DNA of 63,910 bases, the filler included, from Octopus bimaculoides (Eukaryota), in assembly GCF_001194135.2 (NCBI RefSeq). It is 6 parts of 6 records of this genome, joined end to end, with 100 filler letters (N's around TTAATTAATTAA, not from the genome) between each part and the next. Parts side by side here need not be neighbours in the genome. Positions count along the whole stretch, not along the records: positions 29,878 to 52,933 come from NC_068985.1; 5 more parts are not named here. One strand, given 5' to 3'. The notes below the pieces were generated by a model. That model was not told the DNA's origin and did no database searches. It was given only the letters and a program-made list of their open reading frames with translations. A program made the translations under genes and the position numbers. Every line of letters begins with the position of its first letter. Position 1 is the first letter of the stretch. Below are positions 38,655 to 51,978 of this stretch, piece after piece.

Positions 38655-38975
38655 TAGGCGCATGGTTCAGTGGTTAGAACGTCGGACTCATTACCTCGTT
38701 AATGAGTTCGATTCCTGGACCGGACTGTGTGTTATGTTCTTCAGCATGACACATTATTTGACGTTGCTCCAATTCACTCAGCTGTAGAAATGAGTTGCGA
38801 CGTCATTGGTGCCTTTCCTTTTGATAACGTCGGTGGTGTGGAGAGTGGAGGCTGGTATGCATGGGCGACTGCTGGTCTTCCATAAACAACCTTGCCTGGA
38901 CTTGTGCCTCGGAGGGGAACTTCCTAATTGCAATCCCATGGTCATTCAAGACCGAAGGGCGTCTTTTTTCTTTTT
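38655..38975 (+). mobile_element. tRNA-head SINE with the family C head/CORE-like region but a different 3' half
   Basis: TGGTTCAGTGG A box, GAGTTCGATTCC B box, CACTCAGCTGTAGAAATGAG shared with 58340. Confidence 0.75.
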
Positions 38976-39451
38976 TACCACTTGCAAGAAATAAAAGTAT
39001 AAGATGACTACAAGTGAAGCATGATTGATCGCACTTTGCCCGATCAGTGCCGATCTGTTACTAGAATAGTATTTATTGGTATACTCCGAATGTATTATGG
39101 GGGATAACCCAGTCAGGCACATGACTTAGTCATACACAAAAAGACTTGAGGACATTTATAGACTCAGGTAATTTATATACTTAAAAGAAAATGGACTAAG
39201 TTTATGTCCTGCTAGAGTCAAAGTAAAACAGAATTGCTTTTCGTTGACGACTATTGAAGTAGGAACATATATTTCGGATGCATTTAATGTGTAGCAGCTA
39301 GCAATATCATTTAATTGAAAGTCAGAAATATTGTCCAACTATCGTCAACGGAAATTTCTTCATAATGTCTGCAAATCATTCATCTAGGTGACCCATTTTC
39401 ACCATTATAAATATGTGATCACATACAAAAACAAATAAGTATACTCGCGCG

Positions 39452-39488
<37 letters not shown>

Positions 39489-40549
39489 TGTACATGCATA
39501 CATACATGCATGCATACATAGCTGTAGATATAGATATATTGCTATTGTGCTATAGATTACACGCACACACACGTATATTGTGTATACATATATACATACA
39601 TACATGCATACATAGCTATAGATATATGTAGATATAGATATATTGCTCATGCATTATAGATTACATTATTTTAGCTCTACTTGCGGCGACGAACTGTTAG
39701 AATCATCGCATTGTCCGGTCGATAAAGTGCCTTCGGTATATCTTTCGACACTTTAAATTCTGAGTTCAAATCTACCCAAGGACAAGGCAGCGCAATACAC
39801 ACACTGGTCGATATGCCACACATTCAACTGCCCTCACAAAAACAATAGGGGGAACTCAAGATTGGTATATAGGCAGTGCGTTACATATCCCAGGGCCCCG
39901 TATGTATATATGTATGCAAGCATGTATGTATGTATATATGTATGTATGTGTGTATGTATGTGTGTATGTATGTGTGTATGTATGTATGTACGTATGTATG
40001 TGTGTATGTATGTATGTACGTATTCTTCCATACATGTAAGCATACGCATACATACATATATACGTACAAAGACGTACATCTATGTACGTATGTATGTATG
40101 TATGTAGGTAGGTAGGTAGGTATGTAGGTAGGTAGGCAGGTAGGTAGGTAGGTACGTACGTACGTAGGAAGGCAGGTAGGAAGGAAGGAAGGAAGGAAGG
40201 AAGGTAGGTAGGTAGGTAGGTAGGTAGGTAGGTAGGTAGGTAGGTAGGTAGGTAGGTAGGTAGGAGTAGGGTTGTGAATTGTATCTATTGAGGATATTAG
40301 TTGTTTGTAATTACATGTGGTGAACAACAATAAGGAGGAGCATGATGAGGTGACAAGCACGGAGAGATAAGATATGAAGAAATAATGAAATGTATCTGGT
40401 TTAAGTGTGAATTTTTATGTTGCAGCATACATATGAAGTACATGGGTGGGGACAATAGAAAGAGAGAGGGGTAGAGAAATAAAGGAAATAAGATAGATTG
40501 ATGGACCGATAGTTGGATTGTGTTTGTGTTTTAAGTTTCTCTTGTTAGT

Positions 40550-40623
<74 letters not shown>

Positions 40624-41264
40624 CGAGTCGTTGAAGTGGGGCGAGTCAACATGTATTTACAGGATTTCACGGACTTCCTTCATCCTCAATGTTTGTACGA
40701 TGAAGAAATCTATGTTGCGCGGTGAAAGAGAACCTGAAAGCTGTTTATCTTAAGGCTAACTGAATGACTAGAGGGAAGTTTATGTTGTTTTTCATGTTTG
40801 GGTGATACTGCTTAATCTACAATCAAAGACTGGACTAACTGCCACTAATGATCAACAGCTGAAAGAACTGATCTTGGACCAAATGCTGTAATAATTTATG
40901 ATTAAATGTTGTAATAAGGGTGATCAATGATCATATCAGGGGAATAACTCAGTTAGCACTCCTTGAGATAAACCTAGCTAAGAGTGATTACAACCAGACT
41001 AATGACAGGAAAAGTAAAGTGAATATAGTCCACATGGCAAATGATGAATTTGGCCTTCCAGTCAAAAAGACAAATCGTCTAAATAACTCTATTGTTCTCT
41101 GTGAACGCCCCCGGAAAATATTTGGATAATTTATAGATATGGCACCAAATAGACAAATAGCTAAACGCAGCAATAAAGAATTTAACCCCAATAACAATCA
41201 CAATGCAACCAATAGGAAACTAATACACATGGAAAAAATTATTCTATCATTAGTTATTAGTTTC

Positions 41265-41678
41265 AATTTTTGGCACAAGGCCAGCAATTTCTGGAGAGGA
41301 GTAAATCGATTATATCGACTCCAGTGTTCAATTGGTACTTATTTTATCGACCCTAAAAGGGATAAAAGGCAGATTCTACTTCAGCGGAATTTGAACTCAG
41401 AACGTAAAAATGGACGAAATGCTGCTAAGAACTTCATCCGGCGTGCTAACGATTCTGCCAGTTCGCTGCTTTTTTACGAATATTAATATTCCTTTTTACT
41501 ATAGACACAATGCCCGAAGTTTGAGGAATGGGGCAAGTCGATCACATCGATTCCCCAGTGTTTAACTGGTACTTATTTTACCGACCACGAAAGGATAGAA
41601 GGCAAAGTCGACCTCGGCCGAATTTGAACTCAGAACGTAAAGACATGATTCTGCCAGCTCGCCGCCTTTTTACGAATA
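41265..41678 (-). mobile_element. Two tandem SINE family B copies
   Basis: Two ~200-bp units, each ending in GCCAG.TCGC.GC.TTTTTACGAATA. Confidence 0.85.
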
Positions 41679-42879
41679 NNNNNNNNNNNNNNNNNNNNNN
41701 NNNNNNNNNNNNNNNNNNNNNNNNNNNNNNNNNNNNNNNNNNNNNNNNNNNNNNNNNNNNNNNNNNNNNNNNNNNNNNNNNNNNNNNNNNNNNNNNNNNN
41801 NNNNNNNNNNNNNNNNNNNNNNNNNNNNNNNNNNNNNNNNNNNNNNNNNNNNNNNNNNNNNNNNNNNNNNNNNNNNNNNNNNNNNNNNNNNNNNNNNNNN
41901 NNNNNNNNNNNNNNNNNNNNNNNNNNNNNNNNNNNNNNNNNNNNNNNNNNNNNNNNNNNNNNNNNNNNNNNNNNNNNNNNNNNNNNNNNNNNNNNNNNNN
42001 NNNNNNNNNNNNNNNNNNNNNNNNNNNNNNNNNNNNNNNNNNNNNNNNNNNNNNNNNNNNNNNNNNNNNNNNNNNNNNNNNNNNNNNNNNNNNNNNNNNN
42101 NNNNNNNNNNNNNNNNNNNNNNNNNNNNNNNNNNNNNNNNNNNNNNNNNNNNNNNNNNNNNNNNNNNNNNNNNNNNNNNNNNNNNNNNNNNNNNNNNNNN
42201 NNNNNNNNNNNNNNNNNNNNNNNNNNNNNNNNNNNNNNNNNNNNNNNNNNNNNNNNNNNNNNNNNNNNNNNNNNNNNNNNNNNNNNNNNNNNNNNNNNNN
42301 NNNNNNNNNNNNNNNNNNNNNNNNNNNNNNNNNNNNNNNNNNNNNNNNNNNNNNNNNNNNNNNNNNNNNNNNNNNNNNNNNNNNNNNNNNNNNNNNNNNN
42401 NNNNNNNNNNNNNNNNNNNNNNNNNNNNNNNNNNNNNNNNNNNNNNNNNNNNNNNNNNNNNNNNNNNNNNNNNNNNNNNNAGAGAGAGAGAGAGATAACA
42501 GATTTTTTAAATTTCGTCTTTTTAGTGAGTGATACACAATATAAACGATATTCTCCGTTTCTCCACAACTAATTTCCAAACTTGCTGAATCCGTTACTCT
42601 ACTCATAGCGACATCTAGCTGGTCGTACGTAAATATGGGAGAGACCAGAAGTTACCAGAGCAAAAATCCTAAGTGTTGACTGTAGACACGCGCCTTCGCA
42701 AACGATCAGCTATTATTTTGTAAACAATGTTACGAAACTGTTCATGTTTTAGAAAGGAGAGATCTGACTCTCACATCTCTGCGGGAAAAGATAGGCCTCT
42801 CTATTCCTCTTACAAAACTTACGTCCGGGTGCCAAATTTGCCTCGATTGATGATATTACTCAGGTAATCCTAACTTAAT

Positions 42880-42907
42880 CCCGAGCAAAGCCGGGCTATA
42901 GTGCTAG
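42880..42907 (+). mobile_element. Helitron-type 3' terminus
   Basis: Hairpin CCCG(A)GC-AAA-GC-CGGG followed 8 nt later by CTAG|T; 5' end not identified. Confidence 0.5.
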
Positions 42908-43044
42908 TATATATATATATATATATACATATACACACACACACATACACACATACACACATACATACATACATACATACATTCATAAATACATACATAC
43001 ATACATACATACATACATACATACATACATACATAGTAAGTACC

Positions 43045-43775
43045 TGATGCACAAAAGGGATAGAGATGCAGGAAAAGCAGTAAAATGTGACAACCGAAGC
43101 AGACTTTGTGGAGTTCACACTGAAGATATCACCCACATCATAAATAGTTGTCCGAAAATGTCATCACGGTATTATCTATCGATGAGACATGACGTTGTAT
43201 CTAGGACACTCTATAATGAAATACGTCGGAAGGATAATCCTGAGGACAAAGAAATAAAAAGCTATAATATGAAGAAGAGTAAAGTGAGGGACTGGAGGCT
43301 CTAGTTTGTTAAATCGGCCTCGAAGGATAAAACGTATAAAGATAGATACATAGAGAGAGGGGAGAGGAAGGGAGAGAGAATGAAAAGGAATACTGGTGGA
43401 ATTTACCAGTGAAGACCACAATAAAATGTAAGCACAACAAACCTGATATAATGATTTGGCATAGAGAAGAGAAACTGTGTATAGGTGTGGAAATTACCTG
43501 GCCAGCGGATGTTAACATAAAGCTGAAGATCAGGGAAAAAGAGAACACCTATGCTGAACTATTGACAAATCTGCAGTTACTCTATCGAGATTACAATTTC
43601 AGGTTTATACCTGTAATTATTGGAGCTCTGGGATATGTAAGACACTGCTTATGTATCAATCTTGAGAAATTAGGCTTCTCAAAACCGAAAAGGAGAAAGC
43701 TAATTCGAAGACTACAGATCCAATCCATTACTAGAACTGTAAAAATCTGTAAAACTTCCCAGAAGATTATCATTT
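43045..43775 (+). mobile_element. R4/Dong-type LINE C-terminal fragment (CCHC and RLE), interrupted at ~43270-43380
   Basis: CRLCGVHTEDITHIINSC...RHDVV, then EYWWNLPVKT..KHNKPDIMI...VEITWP...KE..Y...PVIIGALG. Confidence 0.9.
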
Positions 43776-43890
43776 AAATATATATGAGTATGTCTACATA
43801 TGTAACTATATGCATGAGGATACATACATAAAACATACAAATCTGCACATACATACATACATACATACATGCGTGCGTGTGCGTGCGTGC

Positions 43891-43931
<41 letters not shown>

Positions 43932-43941
43932 NNNNNNNNNN

Positions 43942-43995
<54 letters not shown>

Positions 43996-44617
43996 TGCGT
44001 GTGTGTGTATGAATAGGCATGTACATGAATAAGTATGTATATGAACAATCATGTGTGTAAATTCGTTCAATCATCAATATGCGACACTATGAGATAAAGG
44101 CAACTTTAAAGTAGCTATTTTGAATAGATAAATACTATAGGTTAGTGGGTGGTTGGGTTAGTAGGTAAGTAAATAAATAGCCACATATCTTAATGAATTT
44201 GTAACGATAAAACAAAACAAATGTTCAAAGTTGACATCTGTGATATGGAAACGAAAGAATTTCTTGTGTTTACTCCACTGAAATCATAATTCTACATACG
44301 TAAACTAGTTTTCTTATCTAAAACATTTACGTAATAACGATGTGTGTCATGATACTTTAACAACTACGAAATGAGAAACTAAAATTTGCGACGATATCGT
44401 CATTTGCAAAATCGGAGAAAGGAATTTTAGGTCAACATTAAGTATTTCAAACTCACCAAACTACTTGCGGAATATCCTAGCAAAAGTATAAGGCCTTAGT
44501 TTTGAAGAAAAGTGAGGTGAGGGTCTAGAGGCTCTAGTTGGTTAAATCGGTCTCTGAAGGATAAAACGTATAAAGATAGATAGAGAGAGAGAGAGAGGGG
44601 GGGGGAGAAAGAGAGAG

Positions 44618-44689
<72 letters not shown>

Positions 44690-44694
<5 letters not shown>

Positions 44695-47600
44695 CGACTG
44701 CATTTGAAGGAGTTCTCTGCCGGCGCTACTGGTTTTTCCTTTCGTCTAGTGCAGTTTTCTTTAGTGGCAAGCTCCTGTTTTCTTATCCTCGCTTCATCCC
44801 CTTTCACAGTAATTGTCTCCAGCGTGGGCGATCATTTGCGACTTCCTCCCATTTCAGGACGTCCAGATCAAGCGACTCCATACCTCTCTTGCAGGCGTCC
44901 TTGAAACAAAGATGAGGACGTCCTCGTGCTCTTGCGCTGGTGGTCAATTCCCCATACTGGAGGTCTTTTGGGATCCTCTTGTCCGGCATGCGATGTACAT
45001 GCGATGTACATGACAGCTCAGAGCATGGTGAGTATACAGGGTATCTTGGCGCTGTTGAGGATTTCGGTGTTGGAGATGTGGTCGGTTCACTTGATATCCA
45101 AAATGCGTCTCAAATTACGAAGGTGGAACACGTTGAGACGCTACTCCTACCTGGAGTAGATTGCTCCACGTCTCACTGCTGTAAAGTAGCGTACTAACAA
45201 CACACACCTTATAGGCAGCAAATTTGATGTTTGGAGCTAGCTTTCTGTTTCCCAGGCTCTCTGTGAGCCTATCAAATGTGAAGGATATTTGTCCAATTCG
45301 CCTGTTGATCTCAGGATGTAGGAAGAGGTCATCAACGATGGTAGTGCCGAGGCAGGTGAATTCATGGACTACCTCCAGCTTGTAGCTGTTGATGGTGATG
45401 GTGGGGTGGGTATTTGTTGCCTTGGCCTAGTACTTTGGTCTTCTTCAGACTGATAGTGAAGCTGAATTCCTGACAGGCCTTTGAGAGTTTGTCCACGAGG
45501 TACTACATTTGCTCCTCAGAATGTGCTGTCGGTGCTGCGTCATCCGCGAATAGCATTTATCTGACGAGTATCTGGCGCACCCTGGATTTTGCTTTCAACT
45601 TCGACAGACTAAGCAGCTTACCGTCTGGTCTGGTGTGAATGTAAACACCATCAGTTGATGTCCCAAATACATGTTGCTGCATGACTGCAAAGAAGAAGCC
45701 AAACAGGGTGGCAGCAAGCACACAGCCCTGCTTCACGCCGCTACGTATGATGAAAGCCTCCTAAGAAGAGCCATCAAATTGAACGACGCCCTTCATATCC
45801 GCATGAAATGATTGGACAATCCTGAGGAGTGTTCTGATCTGAAACCGAACTGAGATTCGGGGTACACCCTCTTCGCGATCTTTTGTAGTCTGTTTAGGAC
45901 CACGCGAACAACGACCTTCTCGACGATACTTAACAGTGAGATGCTTCGGTAATTATTGCAGTCGCTTTTGTCCCATTTCTTTTTATATAAAGTAATAATG
46001 TTGCAGTCTGTCATATCTTGCTGGACTGTTCCCTCCTCCCAACACTGATGCAGTAGCTTCAGCAAGTGGCTGAGTAGAATTCTCCTTGCAGATCTGATTA
46101 TCTCTGGTGGGATGCCGTCTAAACCCGGTACTTTTCCAGTGGGCAGGCCATCAATGGATCTGCTTAGTTCTTCAGCAGTTGGCAGTGTATACAGCTCCTC
46201 CATGAGGGTTAGATGTTCTACGATGTCTAGTGCGCTGTCCGAGATGTTTTCTTTAGTATAGAGTTCGGAATAATGTTCCACCCATCTCTCCAGCTACTCT
46301 CTTTTGCACTTGATGACTCCCCCTATTCTAGATTTGAGTGGAGCTATCTTGCTCTGGGTTGACCCGATGGCTTTCTTGATAACCTCATTCCTCAAATGTT
46401 ACCCGTGTCAAACGTCAGTTGGATATCTATACATAGTAGTAACCAGTAGCCTTTGCACATTGCCTCATTATCTTCTGCATGAGGTTCCTTGCTAATCTCA
46501 ATGCTTGCAGCGTTGCCCTGGTGGGTTGGTGTTTGTGCTTCAGCAGGGCCGCATGCTTCTCTTGCATGGGAGTATTGAGCTCTTTCACACTCGCCTCAAA
46601 TCAGTCTTATGTCATTTTCCTTCTCCCGAAGGTCATCAGTGCAGTGCTATGGATGATGTTCCTGAGAGAATCCTATCTCTGCTGAACATTGCCTTCCGGT
46701 GGGTCTGCAAGGAGGGCATCTTCTAGTACCTTGAGGAATGCATCTATCTTAGTTAGCTGCTGGGTTCCAGTAGCATTGGTGCACTGTTTTTTTTTTCCTA
46801 GGGGCTTGGCGCAGTGCATCATTTTTAGTTGGAGTTAGAGATTACAGCAAACTAGTGGGGTTTTTTGTCACGGCCAGCGTTCTGAAAAGACTGAGTCAGG
46901 AGGACATTCCTCAGGTGGTTGCGTCTTGTGATGATCAGATCTAGCTGGTACCAGTGCCCTGAGCGAGCAAGATGCCAGGAGATCTTGTGTAGAGCTTTGG
47001 CTTGGAAGTAGGTGTTGGTGATACATAGTCCATTGAGCACGCAGAGCACAAGCAGCCGTTGCCCATTTTCATTTGTGTTGCCAACCTCGTTCCGACCCAG
47101 GCACCTTGGCGAGGAGCCGTGATCAGCTCCCACTTTAGCGTTGAAGTCGCCAAGGAGAACCAGCTGTTCTTTTGGGATCGCCTGTATTTTCCTCGTGAGT
47201 TGATCGTAAAACCTATCCTTGGTGTCTTGTGTGGAATAGAGGCTTCGGGCCTGATAAGGTTCACAAGTCCATCAGAAGTGTGTAATGAGAGTGAGAGTGT
47301 CCACGCCGAACCTTCGCTGCTGAACTCTACCAACTTCATCGGAAAGTTTCTCACAACAAAGCCAACACTATGCTTTCTGGCTTCATCTATGCCTTTCCCT
47401 TGCCAGAAAAAGGTATATTCTCTTTCACGAAGAGTCCCCGAATNNNNNNNNNNCGAAGAGTCCCCGAATTCAATGAGCCTCATTTCCAGGAGTGCTGCAA
47501 TGTCCACTCAGAGTCGTAGTAGCTCGGTGCTGATCGCTGATCTTTTGAAGGCCTCTGACAGACCAGTAGTCATGGTCTTTATGTTCCAGCATCCGAGTCT

Positions 47601-47780
47601 GAATGTTGTTTGTTTGTTTTTTTGCATTGTTTGTTTGCTTGTCTGTTCGTTTTTCTTGGTGCAGTGTTTTCAGCCCATGATTCAGGATATTAGTTTCCTT
47701 AAACCCCACGCACCCAACGGAGCAGGTATGCTGTGATGGGACAGCACTTAACGGGGAAGAACGAGAACAAGCTGGAACAT
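44690..47780 (-). mobile_element. Near-full-length decayed RTE (BovB-like) LINE
   Basis: APE motifs (LGCWNIKTM, DIAALLEMR, YTFFWQGK, QLDLIITRR), RT motifs (GKVPGLDGIPPE, NYRSISLL, ESQFGFR, GVKQGCVL, LFADD) and C-terminal RMPDKRIPKDLQYGEL..GRP; stops and frameshifts throughout. Confidence 0.95.
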
Positions 47781-48184
47781 ATAGGTATCTAGGCAATGAA
47801 TAAAAAAAAGAGCATGTTTTATTCGAAAGAAGATCACACTGAGCCAGCAAGAACCAGCTTGAGACATATATGTATATAATAATAAATTGCTTTCGACATA
47901 TGTATATAAAAATACAAGAAGGGGTTAACTTATTCAACCCCTTTAATTCCTGATATCATTTCTATTCTGTATATGTCAGACCTTTTTATATGTAAATATA
48001 TGTACATTTTTCGTATTAAATGTATTTGATATTTTTTGTAACTCGACTGGCCCGAATTGCTTATCCTTACATTTACTCCTCTACCTGCTCATGCTTAAAT
48101 TTCTTGAGCACTACGAGGTGTATTCTATACGGAGAATATCTGTCTCTCATCTATAAACTATATAATTAATATATATATATAAGT

Positions 48185-48615
48185 TTATAGGCGCAGATTT
48201 GGCTGTAGTAAGATGCTTGCTTCCAAGCTACACTGTTCCAAGTTCAGATCCACTGCATGGCACCTTATACTACTATAATCCTGGGCCGACTAAAGCCTCG
48301 TTAGTGAATTATATATATATNNNNNNNNNNNNNNNNNNNNNNNNNNNNNNNNNNNNNNNNNNNNNNNNNNNNNNNNNNNTAAATGTGCATGTATCTAAAA
48401 GTGTGTATTTTTGTGTATGATTGTCACCCCTCACCGCTTCATAACCGGTGTTGGTGCGTTTACGTTTCCGTATATTAGAGGTTCGGCAAAAAATATCAAT
48501 AGAATAAGTACCAGACTTTAAAAAATAAAATAAGCACTGGGATCGATTTGTTCAACTAAAAGTTCTTGAAGGCGCTGTTGCAGCATGGCCGCAATCCAAT
48601 GTCGGAAACATATTA
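48185..48615 (+). mobile_element. SINE family A (split by gap)
   Basis: Head at 48185-48300; body and tail at 48420-48615. Confidence 0.75.
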
Positions 48616-48764
48616 AGCTGTTATTAAGACATATAAACATATGTATGTGCGTGTGTGTGTGGATTAATGTGCGTGTGTATGTATAACATACATGTGTAAG
48701 CATACATGTATATACATATATAAAAATATATATTCATGTACACGCATACACGCATAGACAGACC

Positions 48765-48834
<70 letters not shown>

Positions 48835-48842
48835 AGGATAGG

Positions 48843-48879
<37 letters not shown>

Positions 48880-49069
48880 CGATTGATTGATTGATTTCTG
48901 AAATGAGGTACGATCGTTATTATACAGTGATACATTATGGCTAGTGTCCTCATCCTCGTTGTTTTCATCACATTTCAACCTTTACTGATAGAGCCTCTGT
49001 CTTTCTAGTTGCTCGTTGTTCGATACCTCTTGACGTTTCTAGTATTTCGCTTATATACACCTTTGATCA

Positions 49070-49460
49070 ATGAATAATACTTCGCTGCTAGAAATCTCTG
49101 AAGATTCCGGTACCTCGTTGGTAGATACCTCTAACATCAATGGTACCTCGTTGTTAGATATCTCTGACGTCAGTGGCACCACATTATTAGATATCTCTGA
49201 CGTCAGTGGTAACAACTCGTTGTCAGATACTTTTGCTATCTTTGCTACTTTGTCAAATACCCATGTTTCTAGTAACTTGTTGTTAGCTACCGTTTTCTCA
49301 AATACCTTGTTGTTAGAAACCACTAACTCTGTATCTTGTTGATAGTTCCCTCTGGTGTCTATGGATCAATGTTAAATACTTTTGTCTCTGTAAACTCGTT
49401 GATAGATACCTCTGATGTCTCTGCTATGCTGCCTTCTTAATAGATAACTGTAATGCCTCT
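49070..49460. repeat. 33-bp degenerate tandem repeat, open on both strands
   Basis: Units such as GGTACCTCGTTGTTAGATATCTCTGACGTCAGT; ORFs 49070-49342 (+, GTSLLDISDVS) and 49051-49323 (-, EVPLTSEISNN). Confidence 0.85.
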
Positions 49461-49939
49461 GGTACGACGATTTTACATTCAACGAAAGTGGAATTTTCAA
49501 GTATATTTACATTATGTCTTCTACGGAATAAAATTAGCTTTTACGTAGTGACTGAAATTATCTTCATCATGATGACAGATGTATGTAAGAAAAGTAAATA
49601 TTTGGCTCTAAACGAAAAACTATAAGTATCTGGTTGTTATGACAAAGTTGTTCCAAAATGAAAATGTTGTTTACGAAGTGCTCAGTGACTTTTCTATTAT
49701 GCTAAAACAAAACAAAAACAAAAAACAAGGACCTTACATTAAAAAATATTTACTTACTAAAGAGAAGATAGATTGTTAGAGAATACGATCTGGTAATGAT
49801 AGTCAGATTGAGTCTCAACATTAAATATTTGCTTAGCAATGTTCGTGAAATCGTGAAAATAATGCTTCACTTAATGAATCCTCGACGCGTCAAAAATCAG
49901 TCAGTATTCGCTATAACAAATGGGAAAAGCAGGCAGGTG

Positions 49940-50320
49940 TAGACATAGCAGTGTGGTTAAGAAGTTCGCTTTGCAACTACGTGGTTTCGAGTTCAGTCCC
50001 TCTGCATGTCACCATGAGCACGTGTCTCCTATTATAGCCGCGTGTATGTGTGTGTATGTCTGTGTGTGCGTGCGTGCGTGTGTATGCGTGTGTGTGAGAG
50101 AGATGTGTGTGTTTCTGTTAGATCGACCCCACCGTTTGAATTTTGCTGTTGGTTTGTTTTCGTCCTAGTAACTTACCAGTTCGGCAAAAGCAAACCGTTA
50201 GGATAAGTATCACGATTTAAATATATGATTACTGTTGTCGATATTTTCAACACGACCATTCAAGGCGATACTCAAGCTTGGGCGCAGTCCAATGACAGAA
50301 ACAAGCAAAATGTAAAAGAT
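49940..50320 (+). mobile_element. SINE family A, diverged
   Basis: TAGCAGTGTGGTT A box, GAGTTCAGTCCC B box, family A body. Confidence 0.75.
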
Positions 50321-51224
50321 GAAAGTGTATTTCACAGTAACTGATCGCTGATTTGACGAGCAGGGCGAAAAGCGAAAGAATATTGCAAACGTGTTTGTGG
50401 CAGGAAGGAATAACTACTGATTTCTATATATGTTGTAATATGGATTATATTATATGAGAAGACTGGATGAAAACAGTTCAAATTAATTGAGTGCTCTCCT
50501 CAAAATATTGACAACGCAATATAAACAGGATTTCATTTTCATGTAATGATCGAGTATCTTTTATTTCTCCTTTTATTTCTGATTTGTTTTANNNNNNNNN
50601 NNNNNNNNNNNNNNNNNNNNNNNNNNNNNNNNNNNNNNNNNNNNNNNNNNNNNNNNNNNNNNNNNNNNNNNNNNNNNNNNNNNNNNNNNNNAAATTGAAT
50701 AGTGTTCAGTCAACGGTCAATCATAATAATATATATATATGATATATATATATATATAAAACTATATTTTATATGAATTTAAAGTGCATGACTATAGCCT
50801 CTACACATTTTGAGGCTATATGTATTCTAAATACAATCTAAGAATATTTGCGTGTTTATAAAATGTATATACATGCATACATACATGCATCATGTTCTTT
50901 GGATTTGAAGTGTATGCATGTGTATGTATGCGCGCACGCGTAGCTAGATAGATATTTTGTTTTCATCTTTAATTACATTTTCATCCTTAATAAACTGAAA
51001 AAATACGTCATTTTATATTTTCACGAAGTCAACCAGTACAAAACTAATATATATAAATCTTATTATTGCATGCATATTACATCCCATATTTTGAATACTA
51101 ATGCAACTATTATAAGATATTCCTGTTCTCTATTCATATATATATTGATAAAGCATCGGATAAAGATTATTTATTACCGTTGTATCTTGAGTACTCTTCA
51201 ATCGCTATCTTCTATCTTTTTATC

Positions 51225-51420
51225 TTTACTTGTTCCAGTTATTTGATTGCGGCAATGCTGGAGCATTGCTATGAAGGGTTTTGTCGAACGAACTTATCCC
51301 AATATATGTTTATTAAAGTATGGCATTTATTCTATCGAGTCACTTTTGCTGAAGCGTTTGGTTATGGGACGTAAACAAACCAACACCGGTTGTCAAGCAG
51401 TGACGGGGACAAATATAACA
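51225..51420 (-). mobile_element. SINE family A 3' half
   Basis: GCGGCAATGCTGGAGCA...TTATTCTATCG...GGACGTAAACA. Confidence 0.75.
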
Positions 51421-51530
51421 GGAACACACACACACATGCATGCAAACGTACACATACACAAATGCATACAGACTTATATTATATATATGTGTATATCTAT
51501 ATCTCTATATATACATAAATATATACATAA

Positions 51531-51591
<61 letters not shown>

Positions 51592-51752
51592 NNNNNNNNN
51601 NNNNNNNNNNNNNNNNNNNNNNNNNNNNNNNNNNNNNNNNNNNNNNNNNNNNNNNNNNNNNNNNNNNNNNNNNNNNNNNNNNNNNNNNNNNNNNNNNNNN
51701 NNNNNNNNNNNNNNNNNNNNNNNNNNNNNNNNNNNNNNNNNNNNNNNNNNNN

Positions 51753-51814
<62 letters not shown>

Positions 51815-51978
51815 TCTCCTCTTCCTTCTATGCTACTATCTGTCACATTCTTTAGCCTTTTCTGTCTCTCTTTCGCTCTCTCTTTCTTCCCTTCCTACCA
51901 TACCACTAACTGTCACGTTCTTTTGCCTTCTCTCTCTGTATCTCTCTCTGTCCTCTACCATCTTCCCCTCCTACTACT

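Noticed and set aside
38655-38730. tRNA genes at A/B-box-containing heads
   Set aside because: No complete cloverleaf, and each head continues into a multicopy SINE body.
40661-40733. Short exon-like segment with acceptors on both strands
   Set aside because: Both readings stop within about 25 codons and neither matches a family I recognise.
46612-46639. CTGATGA-C-CTTC/GAAG-GAAA on the minus strand
   Set aside because: No valid stem III or stem I, and it lies in RTE coding sequence; chance match.
47428-47469. 16-bp direct repeat CGAAGAGTCCCCGAAT resembling a TSD
   Set aside because: It flanks a 10-N gap; an unmerged contig overlap.
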